A stretch of DNA of 64,000 bases from the human T2T-CHM13v2.0 reference genome, Homo sapiens: NCBI RefSeq assembly GCF_009914755.1, contig NC_060936.1; one strand, given 5' to 3'. This document shows positions 59,782 through 64,000 of this stretch, one piece after another; within the stretch, counting starts at the first letter, position 1; each line of letters starts with the position of its first letter. Position numbers and translations under genes: made by a program. The notes under the pieces are model-generated. The model had not been told where the DNA came from and did not search any database. It worked only from the letters and a program-made list of their open reading frames with translations.

Positions 59782-60878
59782 AATTAAGTGCTACAGAGAA
59801 CATCACAAAAGATACAATGAACACAAAGTGTTAGCCAGGTACGTGACTTCAAGAAGAGCTTCACTGTCTAGGATACACCTAAATTGAGGCAGAGTAGTGC
59901 ACAGCTGGGGAAGGGGCTAAAAACTGCAGTGTGAATGATAGTTTAATATAGCTGAACACAGGAAAACAAGAAGGCAACACAGAAAAAAGCTGCTACCGTG
60001 ATAAAAACACATTACCTATTTGTACCTCCGGAGGTTTTCTTAAAATTTCATCTTCTCAAATACAACTTAAGCTTCCTGAGGGCAGAGCAGTAGCCACAAC
60101 TCATGTTCTTTTATAGCCCCTACAGAGGCTAACAGATTGCTTCACTGTTTATTAGAATAAAATTTACATTGCAAAAGATTAATGCTATTAAAATCCTCAA
60201 GCTCTCCTAACAGAAAACTAAAATAAGATAACCAGCACACACATAAAAAAGAAATGTAACCAAAACTGTGGGTTATTTTTGGACTGAGGGAGAAAAAACA
60301 TACAGTTTTCAAAAGCTCCTGACTTCCTAATTCTTTCTGGTAACTTTTTAATATAGGCAATTGAAATTATTTTATAAGCCTAAAGAGAGATTTGCACCAT
60401 CTTTTGAGAAGATGCTTCCATTCTTACCAACTGCAAAAGGTAAAATGAATGAACCAGGGAGATAATAAGGAGGGATTACTTTCAAGATGGTGATGGAAGC
60501 TGCACAGCATCTAGCCTATAAACATTTCCCTTCTCACGAGGTTTTCAACAGATCATACATGTAGTAGACCAACAGAGGAGGTACTGATACTGACAGCTTC
60601 AGTATGGGTGTCATGTCCCAAATCAGCATCCCTTCTCTCATCCATTTGTTCCAATATAGCTCTTAGATTTCCCATCTCCTTTTTTCTCTCTTTGGACAAG
60701 TTCCAAGTAACAGTCTCCTACTGTCATACTAAAGAGTTTTCCCTAATGAAAGCTAGTCAATTCCCTTTGCCTTTCTATTAACTTCATCAAGGAACAATTA
60801 AAATGCTCTCTACTCTGACTCCATGGCATGGAATTAAAATATGTATCTGTGCTTCTATAATCTTTTTGAGCTTCTACA

Positions 60879-60993
60879 ACACACTCAGTATGTACTGCAT
60901 TTTCTTGTGCACACACTCAGTATGTACTGCATTTTCTTGTGTACTGCATTTTCTTTTGTGCATTTTCTTGTGTACATTTCTTGTGTACATTTT
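60879..60993 (+). repeat. Telescoping tandem repeat (2 x 32-bp period, then shorter CATTTTCTTGTG-like units)
   Basis: Direct reading. Confidence 0.9.
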
Positions 60994-62249
60994 CAGCTTA
61001 CAGTTTAATCTTTCTTCCTGATTAAACTGTAAGCTGAGGGCAGGATGGTCTTGTTCATTTCTGTATCTCCTAGTGACCACTCCAGCAACAGTACCTTGCC
61101 CACAGAAACTGCTCAACACAGGGTCACTTAACGGAACTGCAGAACGTGGCAATGATATTGAAGACAAACAGATGTCCTTTAGCAAGGCCCATCTCAGGTG
61201 CCAGCAAAAAAGACTGTCAATCCCAAAGAAGCAAAGATTTTTTTCAGCACTCAAGAGGATGCCTGACCTGACACTAAATCATAACTAGGATGATGACAGG
61301 TCCACAGCTTCTTAGATTTCCTCCCAGCACTTTCTCGTACTAGCTGCGTGACCCTGAACAACTTACGTAGTGCTTCAGCTTCCTCGTTTGTAGAATATGG
61401 ATATCACCTCCATCTCATAATTTCTGAGCAGATTAAATGAATTACCATATGAACTATCTTAGAATCATCCCAATGTCTTAGAGCTAGGGCCTGGCACTTA
61501 ATAAAAAACAGTCATGAACTGTATAGTGTATATTATTAAGTGTAATAACTATGGTGATAATTAATAGTAATATTTTTAATTTGTCTCTAATAAACTCTCC
61601 TATTTTGCATACATTACATAATGCTTAAGTTAGCTGGGTGATATAGAAGGCACACAATATATATTTGTTAAATAAACAAAAATATTCAGTTCAGTATATG
61701 AATGTGATGTCCTTATATATGACATCAAATAGTATTTAAGAATTAAAAAGCAAGAGGGAGGTATTACGTATCTATAATTTTATAACTGCTGATCTCCAAA
61801 CCAGAATGGTCAACTTTAAGAAGAAAAGGAGAGTGACACACCAGTGGGAGAAAAAAGTTTTCTTCTCACAATTAAAATCAGATGATTAACTGTTTAAGAT
61901 TCTTAGAGATTTAAAAATAATGACTAGGAAATTAAATGCCAAATTGGAAAACTCTTTGTGACACAATATTCAGGGGGAAAGCACAGAAATGTATCTACCC
62001 AAAGATAGATATAATCATGTAGAACTGACATACTGTAAATGGACAAGAACCAGAAACAGGAGGGGAAAGGAGCTAATCTGTCAGAGGAGCAATCCAACAG
62101 ATTCTTTTCTAAATAATAATAAAAATAATAAATACGTTTAACAATAAACAAAAAATAAATACAGATTATTTCCTAAATGCAATGGATGTTATGTGCACAA
62201 AATAAAACCGAATTTTTTTTTTTTTTCAATTGTTACGCATTCTGACTTT

Positions 62250-62403
62250 TTGTAGTTGTTGTTGTTTTGGTTTGTTTTTTTCAACTTTTATTTTAGATTC
62301 AGTGAGTACATGTGCAGGCTTATTACCTGGGTATACTGCCAGATGCTGAGGTTTGGAGTATGAAAGATCCCGTCGTGCAAGTATTGAACAGAGTATCCAA
62401 CAG
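62250..62403 (-). mobile_element. L1PB-like 3'-end fragment
   Basis: CAACTTTTATTTTAGATTCAG...GTACATGTGCAGG; TSD GCATTCTGACTTT (62237-62249, 62404-62416). Confidence 0.85.
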
Positions 62404-62904
62404 GCATTCTGACTTTGATCTATCAGCATTACACTGAAATTCTAGTATAACAGAAGAAATCTACCAATCCTGGTACTAATCCACAATATCCTTACCAAAG
62501 CTGTGACGGTTTTAAAATTAATGCTTATGTCCTAGAATATAATAAACAGAATGTATACTGAGCAGCAAACTTTGGCTTAACAATCAAAAAAATTAATAAT
62601 AAATGCAAAACGTAAACTATCAGTTAAGGAAGTACAAGTAATCATTCGCCTGGTTAATGCTGGTCTGAGCTAAATGTAAAGAGAAAAGGAAAAATGATAC
62701 ACTATACAAAAGACACATGCCCACATACAACAGAAGAACCTTCTTGGAACCTGATCACAGGGAAAGAAGTATAACAGTTCAGGCCTTATACATTAAAAAA
62801 AAAAAAAAAGGGGTGGGGGGGCTCAGACCTCATCAACTGACTTGGAATAGGAACTGCTAGGATCATCTGAAAGGAATTAAAATTTAAAATCATTATACAT
62901 TATA

Positions 62905-62984
62905 TCAGGTTAAACCATATGACACTGCCATTTTTGTGGATGAAAACCAGGAGAATATCAGCAATTTCATAGAGCTCAACCTAA
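62905..62984. mobile_element. MADE2 (80-bp Mariner-derived MITE)
   Basis: Imperfect palindrome TCAGGTTAAACCATATGA...TCATAGAGCTCAACCTAA, TA-flanked. Confidence 0.85.
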
Positions 62985-64000
62985 TAAAATGGATTGAGCA
63001 GAACATTCAAAATGGGCAACCTAAAAAGAGCAAAATGGAGCCCAGGACTCAAGATCTGACATTAGGTAGACTGAATGAGTCAGTTTAACTCAATGGGAGA
63101 AAAAAAGCATTTAACAGTCAGAAATGGGTTGGTCAAACATCGTCTTCTAAGGACGATCATTAGAAGAGGAAAAGAAAATCTGGCCTTTCTCATTCAAGCA
63201 GTATTTAGAAGGAAGAGTTTTCTACGTTCACAATGAGGTTACAGTAGTATTTGTATCCTAACTGAGGGATTAAAATGTTGACTACTTACCAGAGTTAAGA
63301 GGAGGACACCTGTGCCAGACACTGTGTTTAGCAATTTGCAGTATACACTCTACATGGATCCTTTCGCCTGATCTTCCCAATGCCCTATGCAATGTAGTAT
63401 TTAATATTATTACCCCCAATTGCCAGATGAGGTAACTAACCGGTCTTTGAGAAGTTAAGAAAAGCCTGAGTCCATCACACATTCCAAACATACCGCTTGT
63501 TCTGCCTACATACTCACTAAGCAACCTCCTAATTATAACGTGGTTTCCCATGTGGTAAATCTACAGGGAAGAGAATGTGCTAGCCAAGACCTGAGAGTCT
63601 GTTTCCCAAGGCAGTTTTTTTTTTTTTTTTTTTTACTGTAAATTAATGGACATTCTGATTTTTATATCAAGCTCATGAACTCTGTAAATATGAACCTGAG
63701 ACAAAAATTAGGTAACTGTAGAAATACTAGGCTACAGGGTCTATAAGTTTCAGACTCTTTACTATGGTAAACTACTAAGAAATGCAATCTCTATCCTGAG
63801 AGGTCCCTTTAGAGACAGCAAGTCTCCTTTACCCCAAGAGAGGAGATACCTCAGTATCATCATTAGCAATCTCTTCCTTTTTGAAATCTCTAGAGTAGAA
63901 AGAAGCAACAACGAAATGACAAAATTCTAATTCTGACTCTGCTGTGCTAGCACTTAATCCTAAGCAAATTGCTCTATCTCCCTTGGTTTCATTTTTCTTA

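Overview
The window lies entirely inside a primate gene, almost certainly human because it carries a near-consensus AluYb8. The gene is ATP2B1 (plasma-membrane Ca2+-ATPase 1, PMCA1), transcribed on the minus strand. I traced 14 consecutive GT-AG exons, numbered 2-15 on the assumption that a non-coding exon 1 lies beyond position 64000. They join into one open frame of 2442 nt (residues 1-814) containing the TGES, PEGL, DKTGT, KGASE, DPVRPE, TGDN and GDGTND P-type ATPase motifs. The promoter/exon 1 and the 3' exons are outside the window. The rest is AT-rich intron containing Alus, L1/L2/MIR fragments, hAT/Tigger/Mariner MITEs, a solo MaLR LTR, a full-length MST element, microsatellites and local tandem duplications. 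I see no new gene, RNA gene or prokaryote-type system. The best leads are RNA-level regulatory candidates read from the sequence and not yet tested: (1) an inverted AluYb8/AluY pair around the start-codon exon, predicting a 429-nt circRNA and a 74-aa junction ORF; (2) a recursive-splice-like AG|GTAAGA site and CA-repeat decoy acceptors around splice site A; (3) a 9-nt in-frame microexon candidate in intron 5; (4) a chain of four overlapping uORFs in the 5'UTR; (5) a GYNGYN tandem donor at the DPVRPE hinge. Repeat family names come from recall of consensus sequences and their boundaries are approximate.
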